In this document: positions 10,917 to 23,174 of the stretch, piece by piece
How positions within the stretch are numbered: the stretch's first letter is position 1
Layout: the number at the start of each line of letters is the position of its first letter
Assembly: GCA_044892525.1 (NCBI GenBank)
Contig: CM097885.1
Span: 259,966,001-260,002,959 of the forward strand
Length of the DNA stretch: 36,959 bases
Reading direction: 5' to 3'
From: Schmidtea polychroa
Lineage: Eukaryota
Notes under the pieces: model-generated
The model's input: only the letters and a program-made list of their open reading frames with translations
Told to the model about the DNA's origin: nothing
Databases searched by the model: none
Position numbers and translations under genes: made by a program

Positions 10917-11830
10917 TGTAAGAGTAAAATACATTTTAAAAACATTAATGTTTTAGTGCATATTTTTTAAATAAAGTTTACGGAGTTATTTAGTGATTCA
11001 CAAAACGATTTTAATGCTTTAACGAATGAAATAACTAATATGGTAGCATTGGTAAACACTGACGCAATCACCGAAAGATTGCTGCCAAAGGTGTTTTGTC
11101 AAGGTGATGACTTGGAGAATTTTATTAAAAGATCTGAGATTTATTTCGATGCTAAAGGCATCACGGATAAAAGAGAACAGGAAAAGATTTACAGCATCTA
11201 TGATGGACTAGAATCTATTGGAAACAGCATTTTTTAAAATGTATGAAATTCACATTTTTGCATTATATGAATAGTCTACATATAAACATTGTATTCACAT
11301 TTGAAACGGAGAAAATATCATCACTTGCTTTCTTGGATCTGTTGATACAACACAAAGAAAAACACTGAGACTAATATTTATCAAAAAATAACTGTTACTG
11401 GTCTCTATACTTCATCCGAATGTTTTGTGAATTCAAGTATAAGAGAAATATTAACATCATGTATGATCGACGAGGATCTATTGGAAACCTATGCAAAAAT
11501 ACTTAAAAAGCAGAAGGATTTCAAGCCATGTTACGAATGGGATTTCATTACGAAAGAGACGTTCGAGGAGGTGTAGAAAGATTCCACCTTGCAGTTTCAA
11601 TCCACAAAAATGTAGAATACTTTGAATTCCACCTTGCCTATAAGGGATAAAGGATTTGGAAAACTAATTGAATTATAAACGAAAAGGATAAGAGATATTT
11701 TAAAAAGTGGATGACCTTGTCGACAGTATGTGCTGAGAATAAAGAATGAGCATTGCAAATTAAAGGAAATAATGACGAATAGTGGAAAGATAATAATGGT
11801 GGATCAATGGGATGTAGGTAGCATGCAAAT
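10917..11830 (+). mobile_element. Gypsy family C fragment 3 (LTR 10917-11040, gag head) with an embedded Penelope RT piece (about 11230-11451)
   Basis: MVALVNTDAITERLLPKVFCQGDDLENFIKRSEIYFDAKG, then PLE sequence (MNSLHINIVFTFE..LAFLDL), then return to gag at GAAATAT|TAACATCATG, then DQWDVG. Confidence 0.8.
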
Positions 11831-11837
11831 TTATTTT

Positions 11838-12050
11838 GAAATGAGAAAATATGATAAAAACCATTGTGACCCATTTAAACAATAAATTACAAAATATTGC
11901 TCCAAAACTCCTCACAAATCAAGGCAAAGTAAAAATTTGATTGGCAAATTAATTATATTCATTTTGTGATTATTAAAACAAATTTAATAATCAGTTTACA
12001 AAATATTTAAAAATTAAAAATTAAAAATTAAAAAATGAAAATATCAAATT
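11838..12050 (+). repeat. About 200-bp direct repeat (other copy at 16029-16234)
   Basis: GAAATGAGAAAATAT.ATAAAAACCATTGTGACCCATTTAAACAATAA...AAAATGAAAATATCAAAT is present at both sites. Confidence 0.9.
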
Positions 12051-13010
12051 AATTATTTAGTGATTCACAAAACGATTTTAATGTTTTAACAAATGAAAAT
12101 CCTAATTTGGCGGCAGTGGTAAACACCGACACATTCAATGCTAATGGAATCACGAATAAAAGAGAACAGGAAAGATTAACATCATGTATGATCGACCAGG
12201 ATCTATTGGAAACCTATGCAAAAACCCTTAAAAAGCAGAAGCATTTCGAGCAAGGTTACGAATGGCATTTTATTACGAAAGAGACGTTGGAGGAGGTCTA
12301 GAAAGATCACACCTTGCAGTTTTAAACGACAAAAATGTGGAACAGTAACTTAACTTGTCGACAGGATCTTCGAGAATAAAGAATTCTTAAAAGAGAAATT
12401 AACTGTAAAGATGTTGATAGTATGTGCTAAGAATAAAGAATGATATTAGCAAATTAAAGGAAATAATAACGAATAGTGGAAACGTAATAATGGCAGATCA
12501 ATGGGATGTGGGTCGCATGCGTCTGGTAAAACATAAGATAATTACAAGAGGCGAACCGATAAACATAAAACCATATAATCAGCCATTAAATTTAGAAACA
12601 AAGGTTGAAGAAGCAATACAAAATTTGTATGAAAATGGGATTATACGGAAATGCAACTCCCCATGAACACGGCGTTTTTGTAGGTATGGGAAAAAAGAGA
12701 AAAAGGATATTAGAAAACTGAAAGAAGTAACAGAGAGGCAGGCATTCCCAATGCCAAACAGACGAGATGTTAGATTTATTAGGAGGATCCATCTTTTTAG
12801 GCTCAATAGAGATAAGTAATTATTACCAAGTTGAATTAGACGAAAAGACTCAAGAGAAAACTGACTTTTCAAAAGAAAATCGGGCAATACTGTTTCTGAA
12901 ATTTTTTCTGAATTGAAGCAGCATCAGGGAATGATGACAAAGGTAAAAGGCAAAACAAATGGGGCAATGGTGTATTTAGACGCCATCATAATTAATTCGA
13001 GCTGTAAAGA
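12050..13010 (+). mobile_element. Gypsy family C fragment 4 (duplicate of about 8570-9600)
   Basis: The ORFs at 12424-12666 and 9033-9275 are nearly identical, with the same premature stops. Confidence 0.9.
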
Positions 13011-13431
13011 AATATAATATTTCATTAAATAAATCATTAGAATTATGACGTTATCTTTTGAAACTGATTAAAAAAACATTTAGAAGATGTTTTAGGCGCT
13101 TCTAATATGGTGACTTTGAGGAGTTAAAATTAAAATACTAAATTAAATTAGTTCATGATTAAAATTTGTAAAATTTCAATTGAAAAATTAAATTATTTTA
13201 AGATATTAAAATTAAAATGATAATTGAAATTTTAAAATAAAATAGTTTTTAATAAAATTTAAATTCAAGTATGAATGCGATGGTATGTTGATATTTGGTT
13301 GAAATTAAAATTTAGAAAATGTCCCAAGAATATTTGTTTATATAATCAGATTTAATGAAATATAATTTTGGATTTAATAGTCTTAGTAATTTATTTTGAT
13401 GACCGAAGAATTAAATGTTATAGCTTCTAAC

Positions 13432-13985
13432 ATGGCGACTATTCCAACGGATCTGCTTATTGGAAGATTACTTCCAGAAAAATTCCACAGAGGAGATGAC
13501 CTCGAATTATTCATCAAAGAATGTCAGAGGTTCTTTGAAATAACGAAGACACTAGTGAAGACTCAAATGGTACTAGTTATTACACTTCTGGACAGGACTT
13601 TGATTGAAGAATATGAAACCGCAGAAGGTAAAACCGTTGAACAGAAATTATGAGCAGCTTTTCATCGACCAACGTCATTGATTGAGAGTGCTACACAAAT
13701 ATGGAAAGACGAAATCAAGGAAGAGATCGAGACCAAAGGAAGATGTCAGGAGGAAGAATTCAAAGAAATACCTATCAACAAATGGAAGATATGTATCAAT
13801 CAAGGAACGTACATCAAAGACAATGTGGAAACCAACAATATAACAGAAAAGATATTGCAGCTATCGAGTCTGATGATGAGATGATGAATACAAAACAGTC
13901 AAGCCAGCCAGACGAGTATAACAGGGAGAATGACCCAAACGAGCACGCTCCGTCAGACGGGACATTGATCGGAGCAATTTACTAA
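13432..13985 (+). pseudogene. Gypsy family B gag, decayed (in-frame TGA at 13651, frameshift, no zinc knuckle visible)
   Basis: TCTAAC|ATGGCGACT; MATIPTDLLIGRLLPEKFHRGDDLELFIKECQRFF...EQKL*AAFHRPTSLI is homologous to the intact gag (FIEECKRYF...RLREAFKKPSTLI). It ends NDPNEHAPSDGTLIGAIY*. Confidence 0.85.
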
Positions 13986-15327
13986 GTAATATTGATTTCA
14001 ACCAAAGAATGAATGCTAACGGTATGTGTAATTTAAGTATGTATGATGATTGTATGATTGATAAAGATTGTAGTGTCTTTGAACGTGATATTAATAATAA
14101 TAGTAGTGTAGAAATCAAAAAGTCGAATGATAAGGAAATTCAGAAAAAATTTAAAGAGTGTAAAGTAAATGAATTAGTAAAACACGAGGAAAGAACTATA
14201 GAGAAAATTTACAAATTCCTCAAGAAAAATGGAGACGTGTGTATTAATGAAATTGTAGAAGATACTAGAGAACAGAATATTTTGTCAGTAGAAGAACAAA
14301 AAAGTCCAGTAATAACATATAATATAATGCAAGGTAGACCGAGTACAACACTGGATATCCAAGGGCGGAAAGTAGATTGTTTATTGGATACAGGAGCGCG
14401 AATTAATGTAATGGCTAAATCTGTAATTGATCGATTAGAAAATATCGAAATATTAGAAACAAGGGAATCGCTAAGATGTGCAAACAACAGTAGATTAGAA
14501 ACTATGGGTAAAATAAACATCAATGTTAAAATGGGCAGTATTGAAAGAAATGTAACATTCATTATAGTAAAGAATTTAATACCAGAAATTATTGGAGGAG
14601 TAGAACTACAAAGGTTATTTGGTATAGAATTGAAATGTATACTAGAAGAAAATGGAAAACGTAGTGATTTCATTTGCGAAATAGAAGCTAGATTTGGGCG
14701 GATTATAACAGATGAAGAAAGATTACGTCATGCCATCGATGTTTTAAAAGTTACCGGAAATAAGAGACTGCTAGAAATATTTCAGGCTAACAAGAATGTT
14801 TTTATGGCAGATAAATGGGACATTGGGTGTACCAATCTGATAAAACATAAGATCATCACGAAAGGAGAGCCAATAATGATTAAACCGAGACGTTAGCCAA
14901 TAAATTTGGAAGACAAGATTGAGGAAGCAATAAAAAATCTAGAAAACAACGGAATAATTAGGAAGTGTAATTCACCGTGGAACACACCTTTAGTTTGTGT
15001 ATGGAAGAAAGAGAAAAAAGACATCAGGCTTTGTCTAGACTTCAGACAATTAAACAAGATAACAGAAAGACAAGCATTTCCAATGCCGAATGTAGATGAA
15101 ATTTTAGACATCCTACACGGATCCAGATATTTTAGCTCAATCGACTTGGGAAATGCTTATTACCAAGTGAAGTTAGATAAAGAATCTCAAGAGAAAACAG
15201 CATTCTCAACAAAAGAAGGACAGTTCTGTTTTAACAGGATGCCGTTCGGTATTGCAGCGGCACCAGGAACATTTCAAGAATTAATGACGAAAGTATTGAA
15301 AGATTTGTGGAAAGATGGAGTGATGGT
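13934..15327 (+). pseudogene. Gypsy family B pol (protease plus RT N-half), truncated just before YLDD
   Basis: Protease LLDTGARINV; RT MADKWDIG...RLCLDFRQLN...FSSIDLGNAYYQV...MPFGIAAAPGTFQ. TAG at 14894. The frame is -1 relative to gag and open from the CCCAAAC heptamer. Confidence 0.9.
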
Positions 15328-15800
15328 ATGGATTTCTTCATAAAGAGGCTATTTCCGAACGATTTCCATAGAAGAGATGATGTTGAAACATTCAATATAG
15401 AAAGTGATAAATATTGAAAATTTATTCAAATCATTTACTTCAAGACAAGAGGTGATGATCAAACCACTGATTGACAAGCAGATCAGAAAAACATATTGGG
15501 ACCTGAGTTAAACGAGGAAATTTCAACAGAATATCTGCTGGTAAACTGAGCAGCCGAGAAGGCCTTGAACCGAGAATTGTGTCTTAGTGGCACCAAAGAA
15601 ACAACCGAAGTGAAGAAGATATAAAGAAGTTACATAATAGATAACCCGATACTTCTGGATATTATTAGAATCAATAAAAAAAATGTTTCTATGGCTGATA
15701 AATGGGACATTGACTGCACAAAGCTGTTGAAGGATAAAACTCAAGGAAAACCGATAAATAATCAACTTTGAAGATAAAATAGATAAATAGATAAAGCGAT
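15327..15800 (+). mobile_element. Gypsy family D decayed gag head plus RT head
   Basis: DFFIKRLFPNDFHRRDDVETF (gag) followed within about 350 bp by NVSMADKWDID (RT start). Confidence 0.65.
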
Positions 15801-16239
15801 GTAAAAGACAACGCATTCAATGTCCAAAGCCAAAAACTATAATAAATGATTTGATGGAAGAAATAAGCTTTGTGAACGAATCAGAACCACTTTAGGATTT
15901 TATAAATGGACCAGAGGTTTTTGTGCGGTTAAGAAAATAATAAAAAATTCAAATTAGAAAAGAATCAGTGGCGAATGAATAGTTTCAGCAACGAATCCAG
16001 TAATGATCAAATATTAAGCAATGCAGAAACGAAATGAGAAAATATAATAAAAACCATTGTGACCCATTTAAACAATAATTTGCAAAATATTGCTCCGAAA
16101 CTCCTCACAAATCAAAGCAAAGTAAAAATTTGATTGACAAATTAATTATATTCATTTTGTGATTATTAAAACAAATTTATTAATCAGTTTACAAAATATT
16201 CAATAATTAAAAATTAAAAAATGAAAATATCAAATAAAT

Positions 16240-19200
16240 TTTTTCTTTTTTATTGGATTTATTTTTTTGAAATTTAATTTTTATCTCATTGGAATTTTAA
16301 CAAAATCTATTAAAATTATTTATCATTAAATTGCATTTATTATTTTTATTATTAAACTTAAAAAATGCATTTATTGAAAAAAATTTTAAAACCTTTTGGA
16401 GATTTTTTTAGAGATTTCAAAATTTTAAATTATAATATTTCAATTTACTACTGAAGAAATTAAAATATCCTAAAAAATATTTTATTGCTAACTTTTAACA
16501 AATTTCTTTATTTAATTTACATTTTCTTTAACTTAGAGAGATTTTATTGCAGTTGATAATATAGCAATATTGAAATAAGACAAATTTTAATAATATTTTT
16601 TATTGATTTATCGCTTGTCAATACTTAATTTTTTAAAATTAATATTCAAATAATAAATATATTTGTTTTTTTGTATTTTTGACCATTTTCCAATAAATAT
16701 TTGCATAAGTCGTGATCCGTAAAGTTGTGAGGCTTGAAATTCTACATATTTTACAAAAAGAAAATTTGCAAATATCTCAAATAATCTTTTTTAGTCAAGT
16801 TTCTCTCTTTGACAAGTTTAATTTTTCGCCAGAAAATTCTTGAAGAGATACAAAAAAGTTGTGGTTAGCAAATATATAGGTGACGTCACCATCTATATTT
16901 TAGTCAAAATATATAATTTGAAAATGTCAAACTCCCGCGCTACAATGAGATAAAACAAAAAAATTCAATTTTAAATCAATATTTTAATCAATAATTGCAC
17001 ATTTAAATCAGTATTTGAATTTCTATTTTGAAAATTTTGCACTTAAAAATTAGAATTTAAAAAATCAATAATCGCAACTTGATCTTGAAAATAATGAGGG
17101 TGAGGGGGTGGGGGGGGGGCTATGTTTCTAACCACTGCGCGGTAACTAATGGTGGTGTAATGGGCTCACATCTACCTACAAAACTTATTAAATTTATTTA
17201 TCATTAAATCATTTTAATATTTTTATTATTAAACTTAAAAAATGCATTTATTGAAAAATTATTTTAAAACCTTGTAAAAAACTCATTTTTTAAAGATTTC
17301 AAAATATTAAATTATAATAATTAAATTATAAGAAATTAAAATATACTAAAAAATATTTTATTGCTAACTTTAAACAAATTTCTTTATTTAATTTACATTT
17401 TATTTAACTTAGAGAGATTTTATTGTAGTTGATAATATAGCAATATTGAAATAAGACAAATTTTAATAATATTTTTTATTGATTTATCGCTTGTCAATAC
17501 TTAATTTATTAAAATTAATATTCAAATAATAAATATATTATTTTGTAATTCAAATTTAATTAATGAAAAAATAAAATTGGGTTTAGATTATTTAGTTAAT
17601 TCTCATTAATATTTTCTGATTTATAATAAATTAATTAATTGTTCATTAAAATATTTTATTTTAAAAATTATCCTAAAAAAGAAAATAAATAATTTACATT
17701 TTTTGAAGCTTTTTTTCACATACAGATCAATATTTTATCAATATTTTATTATGTATTTTATGTGTTTTGTTTTAGTTTTGACAATCTTGAAAATGGATTT
17801 TCTATGAAAATTTATAAATTATTGAGCGACTTTAAAAAATAAAATTTTTTAAATCATTAACGTTTGATGTGCTCGATTAATAATGAGATTTTGATTTTAT
17901 TGAACTCAAAAAACCATTGGAATATATTGAAAATATTTTTTTATTAATTAAATAATATTTCTTTTTTATTGGATTTATTTTTACTCATTGGAATTTTAAT
18001 TAAATTTATTTATCATTAAATAGCATTTTATTATTTTTAATATCAAACTTAAAAAATTTATTTATTGAAAAAAAATTTTAAAACCTTGTTCAAAACTCAT
18101 TTTGATAGAATTCAAAATTTTATAATATTTCAATTTACTAATGAAAAAATTAAAATATAATTTTTTAAAAATTATCCTAGAAAATAATTTATTGCTAACT
18201 TTTAACCAATTTCTTTATTTAATTTACCTTTTCTTTAACTTTATTTTTCACATTACAGATCAATATTTTCATTTATTTCATAAATATTTAGCGATTTTTT
18301 AAAAATTAAAAAATTTTTAAATCATTAACTTTTGATATGCTTAAATAATTTTTATAAAAAATATTTAAATTTTAAATTTTAAAATAAATTAACAGAATTA
18401 ATTAATATTGTTTCAAAGTTTTTGTATCAAAAAGATAGAGAGATTTTATAGCAATATTGAAATAAGACAAATTTTAATAATAATTTTTTATTGATTTATC
18501 GCTTGTCAATACTTAATTTATTAAAATTAATATTAAATGAATAAATATATTATTTTTTAATTAAGTTTTGATTAATAAAAAATTATTAAGTATTAATAAA
18601 TAATTATTAAATATTAATTTTTAATTATTGTTTAATTAATTAAAAAAGAAATTTATAAAATGTTTTAAATTTTAATAATTATTATTTAAACATTAATAAA
18701 TGATTAATCAATAAATTTAGAATTATAAATAATTACACAAAATAATCGAGTAATTAATTAAATTAATTATTTTTAATTAAATATAAAATATTTGAAATTT
18801 TAATTTATTTATTTATTTCAAAAAATCTTTTTAATTAATAATAAATTTTTAAGTTAAATATAAATAATTAAAAATTATCTTTGATATTTTTTTAATTAAA
18901 ATAAATATTATTTATTAATTAATTAATTTAATTTAATTTATTTACGAATAATTTTTGGAAATTAAATATAAAACTTTTTAATAAAATAATTAATTAATTT
19001 TTAAAATTATTAGAATTAAAATAATAGTTAATTAATTAATTAAACGGATTTATAAAATGTTTCAAAATTATTGTTTAATTAATTAAAAAAGAAATTTATA
19101 AAATGTGTCAAATTTTAATATTTATTTTTTAAACATTAATAAAAAATCAAGTAATTAATTAGATTAATTATTTTTAATTAATTAATTTAATTAAATATAA

Positions 19201-20010
19201 AATATTTGAAATTTTAATTTTCGATTATTTATTTATTTCAAAAAATCTTTTTAATTAATAATAAATTTTTAAGTTACATTTAAATAATTAATAAATATTT
19301 TTAATTAATTAAATTGAAATATAATTAGATAAAATAATTAAAAATAACTAATTATGTTTGATATTTTTTAATTGAAAAGAATGATAATTAATAATTAATT
19401 AATTTAATTAATTTATGAATAATTATTGAAAATTAAATATAAAAACTTTTCTGATTAATAATTAATGTTTTAAATTTATTTAATAAATCCAAATAATTTA
19501 TCAATTTTTAAAATTATCAGAATTAAAATAATAATTAATTAATTAAAAAAAAATTATAAAATGTGTCAAATTTTAATATTTATTTTTTAAACATTAATAA
19601 AAAAATCGATTAATTAATTAGATTAATAATTTTTAATTAATTAATTTAATAAAATATAAAATATTTGAAATTTTAATTTTCGATTATTTTATTATTTGAA
19701 TAACTCTTTTTAAAATGAATTATTAAATATTTCTAATTCTGTAAAAAACTTTTTAATTAATAGTAAATATTTAAGTTAAATATAAATAATTAATAAATAA
19801 TTTTAATTTATTAAATTCAAATAAATAATAAAATCAGATTAAATAATTAAAAATAACTGATATTCTGGACATATTTTCCAAATTAAAATATTTCTAATTA
19901 ATAGTTAATTTTTTAAATTTATTTATTAAATCCAAATAATTAATTAATTTTTAAAATTAACATAATTAAAATAATTAATTAATTAATTAAATGGCATTGA
20001 AATAAAATAT
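16240..20010. repeat. Extremely AT-rich tract with diverged local duplications (probably RCAN intron)
   Basis: An approximately 400-bp unit (AAACTTAAAAAATGCATTTATTG...TCGCTTGTCAATACTTAAT) occurs at about 16240-16660, 17190-17540 and 17955-18550. Further duplications lie within 18560-19980. Confidence 0.85.
16828..17180 (-). repeat. Diverged dispersed repeat, copy 2 (see 2040-2345)
   Basis: Collinear with 2040-2345. Putative exon 17175-17133 and terminal exon from 16939. Confidence 0.85.
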
Positions 20011-20039
20011 TATTTATAATAAAAATTTAAAATTTTTAC

Positions 20040-20400
20040 CAGGTGACAAAGAAGCGATTGCTGCTAACAAGTCATAATTAATTGCGGGGGTTGCTTCTAA
20101 TTTCGGTTCCCAATCATCTGGAGGCGATGCTGGCGGCGAGATGAGATACTGCTTCTCTTTTTTCGGCAATTCGAGATAATCCATTGCATTTGTAACATTT
20201 GCAAACAAACATTCAGTTTTCGATTTCCGTTCATCTGGCGATATCAGTAAATGACCATCAGCAAATATTTCATTTGCTTTGATTTTCGCCAATAAAGCAA
20301 CATCATTCGATTTCATTAAAATCTTCACTCGGTGAAATCCCTGCAAATATATGAATTTGCAATCGTGATCGAATTCTTTGAAAATCTTTTCGAATTCAAT
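20040..20400 (-). CDS. RCAN: Calcipressin / regulator of calcineurin, exon 2
   Basis: IEFEKIFKEFDHDCKFIYLQGFHRVKI...YLELPKKEKQYLISPPASPPDDWEPKLEATPAINYDLLAAIASLSPG contains the diagnostic (F/Y)LISPPxSPP motif. AG acceptor at 20402-20401 and a phase-1 GT donor at 20039. 361 nt. Confidence 0.93.
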
Positions 20401-20449
20401 CTATAATTGTCGAGTTAAAGAAATGTGGAAATAAAGAAAATTCAGAAAC

Positions 20450-20614
20450 TTTATGCTGATAGCTCTCAAATATTGTTTTAGGAATATTAATTACTATTAA
20501 TGAATTAGGCATTTCATGGAGTTTATCTATTCCATACTTAACATCTTCTAGAGTATAGCTCGAACCTTCCCTCACCAATTTTTGATGAATGTCATGACAA
20601 TTTTTAATTGACAT
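20450..20614 (-). CDS. RCAN: Calcipressin / RCAN, exon 1
   Basis: M...LHEMPNSLIVINIPKTIFESYQHK resembles the RCAN RRM start. A 49-bp GT-AG intron (20449-20401) joins it in frame to exon 2. The start codon is presumed. Confidence 0.8.
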
Positions 20615-21479
20615 GATTAGAAGTTTGAAAAAAATATATAAACAATTTAATAAATATACTTTATTATTAATTTGTTAGAAATTTAAATTTTTTTCATATA
20701 AATAAATTAAAAAAGAATTGAAGCTTAATTAAAATTGAAATATTAAAACAACATTGAAACTTGTGAGAAAATAATTATTAGGTTGGATGAATTAAGAAAA
20801 TTTTATTAAAATTGATAGTTGAATAATTAATAATATAAATATTAAATTCTTAAGTTATGCGATTATATAATTTTATCATAAATCATGCATCAATTTGTTC
20901 GTATTCTTTAGAAATTATTACCAAAAGTTAATTAAGAATATATATATATTACAGATTCTTGTAATTTAGAAATATCTTAAATGATATGGAACAGAATTAG
21001 TTTTATGCACTAACTTTTACATAAGACAGGACGTTAAATAGACCTTTCTCATGTTATGTAATTATATGATACTTCAATCATTTTCCACTTTGATCTATTC
21101 TTAAATGTTATGTGGATAATTGAAATTTATAGTTAGATGTGTTGGCGTTTGGATGTACAAAATAATGGTAGACTCAGTGTTTAATCGCTCATGATTAAGA
21201 ATGTTCTCCATCAATGAGTCCATGACAATCGTCATGTTGATACTGGCCACTATAGGTGAAAGATAAATGGCTAGGGAGGTACTGTCTTATTACTTCTCCT
21301 TACATCGGTTAGTTGTTTTCTCACCAATGCTTCGATTAATGTTTTCGGATCTTATCAGTTACACTTTTGTTACATTAGTTATTTTCAAAAATTCGATCCC
21401 CCATAGCGCAAAATATAAAGAAACCAAAATCAACTTAAAAAATCATTATTTAATCAACTCAAAAAATTTAAAACTAGAT

Positions 21480-21950
21480 TGGCACTTAAGTTTCTTCTAT
21501 TTATCACACAAAATTTGACTGTCGAAGGGAGCTAGGCTTCACCAGCTATTGCTCTCAATATCTGCTAATAAGGCATCTAATTCAAATTCGTTGTCTCCGA
21601 CCGGTAGTAGGTATGCTTCTTCGGTCATCTCGATCGTTAAGTCCGGAGGGTTTTTGGAATCCTTATTTTCGCCTTTGACAAATTTCGCCTCTTAGACTTG
21701 TAGGTTGTTGAACCGAGGTAGACACGCTCAGGTTGATCAATGGTGCGACCACTGATAGAATGTTGGATACGACTGGCGTTCACAAACGAAGAACATCCGG
21801 AGCAATACGGTGGAACGAGAAGGTCCCGCGCTAGGTGGTGTATGGGGAAAATTGTGTTAATCGATATGGGTTTGTAACCAGATATCGAGATTCAATATCC
21901 TTCGCTGTATAAACCGAGTACAGGGCCTGCGACTGTTCCTGAACCAAGGT
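21480..21950 (-). pseudogene. GC-elevated decayed coding-like segment, unknown identity
   Basis: Sharp GC rise with frame pieces such as KFVKGENKDSKNPPDLTIEMTEEAYLLPVGDNEFELDALLADIESNSW*. No recognisable motif. Confidence 0.3.
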
Positions 21951-23174
21951 CTTAATCATTTATTAATGTTTAAATAATAATTATTAAAATTTGAAACATT
22001 TTATAAATTTCTTTTTTAATTAATTAAACAATAATTAAAAATTAATATTTATTAATACTTAATAATTTTTTCCCAAGGTCTGCCATGATTTCTTTGGATA
22101 TGAAAATTTTGAAAGTGGAATTATCTATCAAGTTAATTTAAATTGTCTTTTACTAACGGATGATAAATGTGTTCTTAAATCTATTACATTTCAATTGAAA
22201 CGTCATTTGATGGAGAATGAAGAAGGGGAATTTACATCGAATAATTTCAGCCAAAATTTCGAATATATATTATAATTTCTGACATCTGGTGACCGTAATC
22301 GCGTTTGTCTCTTATTTATCATTGAAGAGTTCTCTCCACGTAAAAGTTATGAAAAACATTCAGAAAGTTCAAAATCTAAACTCCGTAAATTGATATGCGT
22401 ATACGATGGAACTATATTCAAAATTTCAAAATATGTATGTGTAGAGCTAACATCAACAGTTGCAAGATATATTAACGGAAGCAACCCAAAATTCGTGTCT
22501 AAAAACAATCGATCTATGGATAAACATAGTTCAAACGTCATATCTACAAATTCTCATGAGATTGAATAAAAATATAACAATCACCGATGATAATGATTAT
22601 ATTTCTTCTGGAAAGAGGGTAAAAGTATTACAGAGACAGAGTCTAGTAAACGAAAGAACATTTATGATTGCATTGTTGACAACAATCTGTTTGTGACCAG
22701 CTTGATTACTAAATAGAAAGTGATAAAAGAAATTCTCAGATTAACTGATATTGAAATGCCAAAAAGACTTGAACCAAAAGGAACATTTGAAATCCAGAAA
22801 CCTTTCAGCTCAATTCCTAAAGAATAATATCCAAACCACGGATATTAAAATCAGAGTGGGCGCTAGTGAATTGAATTTCTGGAATTTTCCCATCTAAAAC
22901 TTATTCCATGAATAGATTTAATGCAATGTCAATGAAAACTATTATTGATAAACCTATATTTTATGTCGTCTGAATTCCGATACTTAGTTATACACAGTGT
23001 TGCTAATGATGTTCCCAATATTATTAAATTTCAATACTAAATTTATTATCTCATTTCCTACTCAAATTGATAATTGAAAGTATAAAGTTTATAAAATATA
23101 CACTCATTTTGACAATACAATTCCCTCGATTTCATGGTCTTGTGAAGGTGTGTATATAGACAATTGTGCTTTGA

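Noticed and set aside
14209-15111. Antisense ORFs over Gypsy pol (also 12579-12887, 31866-32558, 33924-34923, 35813-36028)
   Set aside because: Shadow ORFs opposite real coding frames, with no motifs of their own.
21140-21300. Minus-strand PIVASINMTIVMDSLMENILNHERL as a Polinton polB N-terminal piece
   Set aside because: The similarity is too short and vague to support without a profile search.
22210-22900. Coding-like plus-strand stretch (FLTSGDRNRVCLLFIIEEF...)
   Set aside because: Interrupted by stops, with no recognisable domain or consistent splice model.
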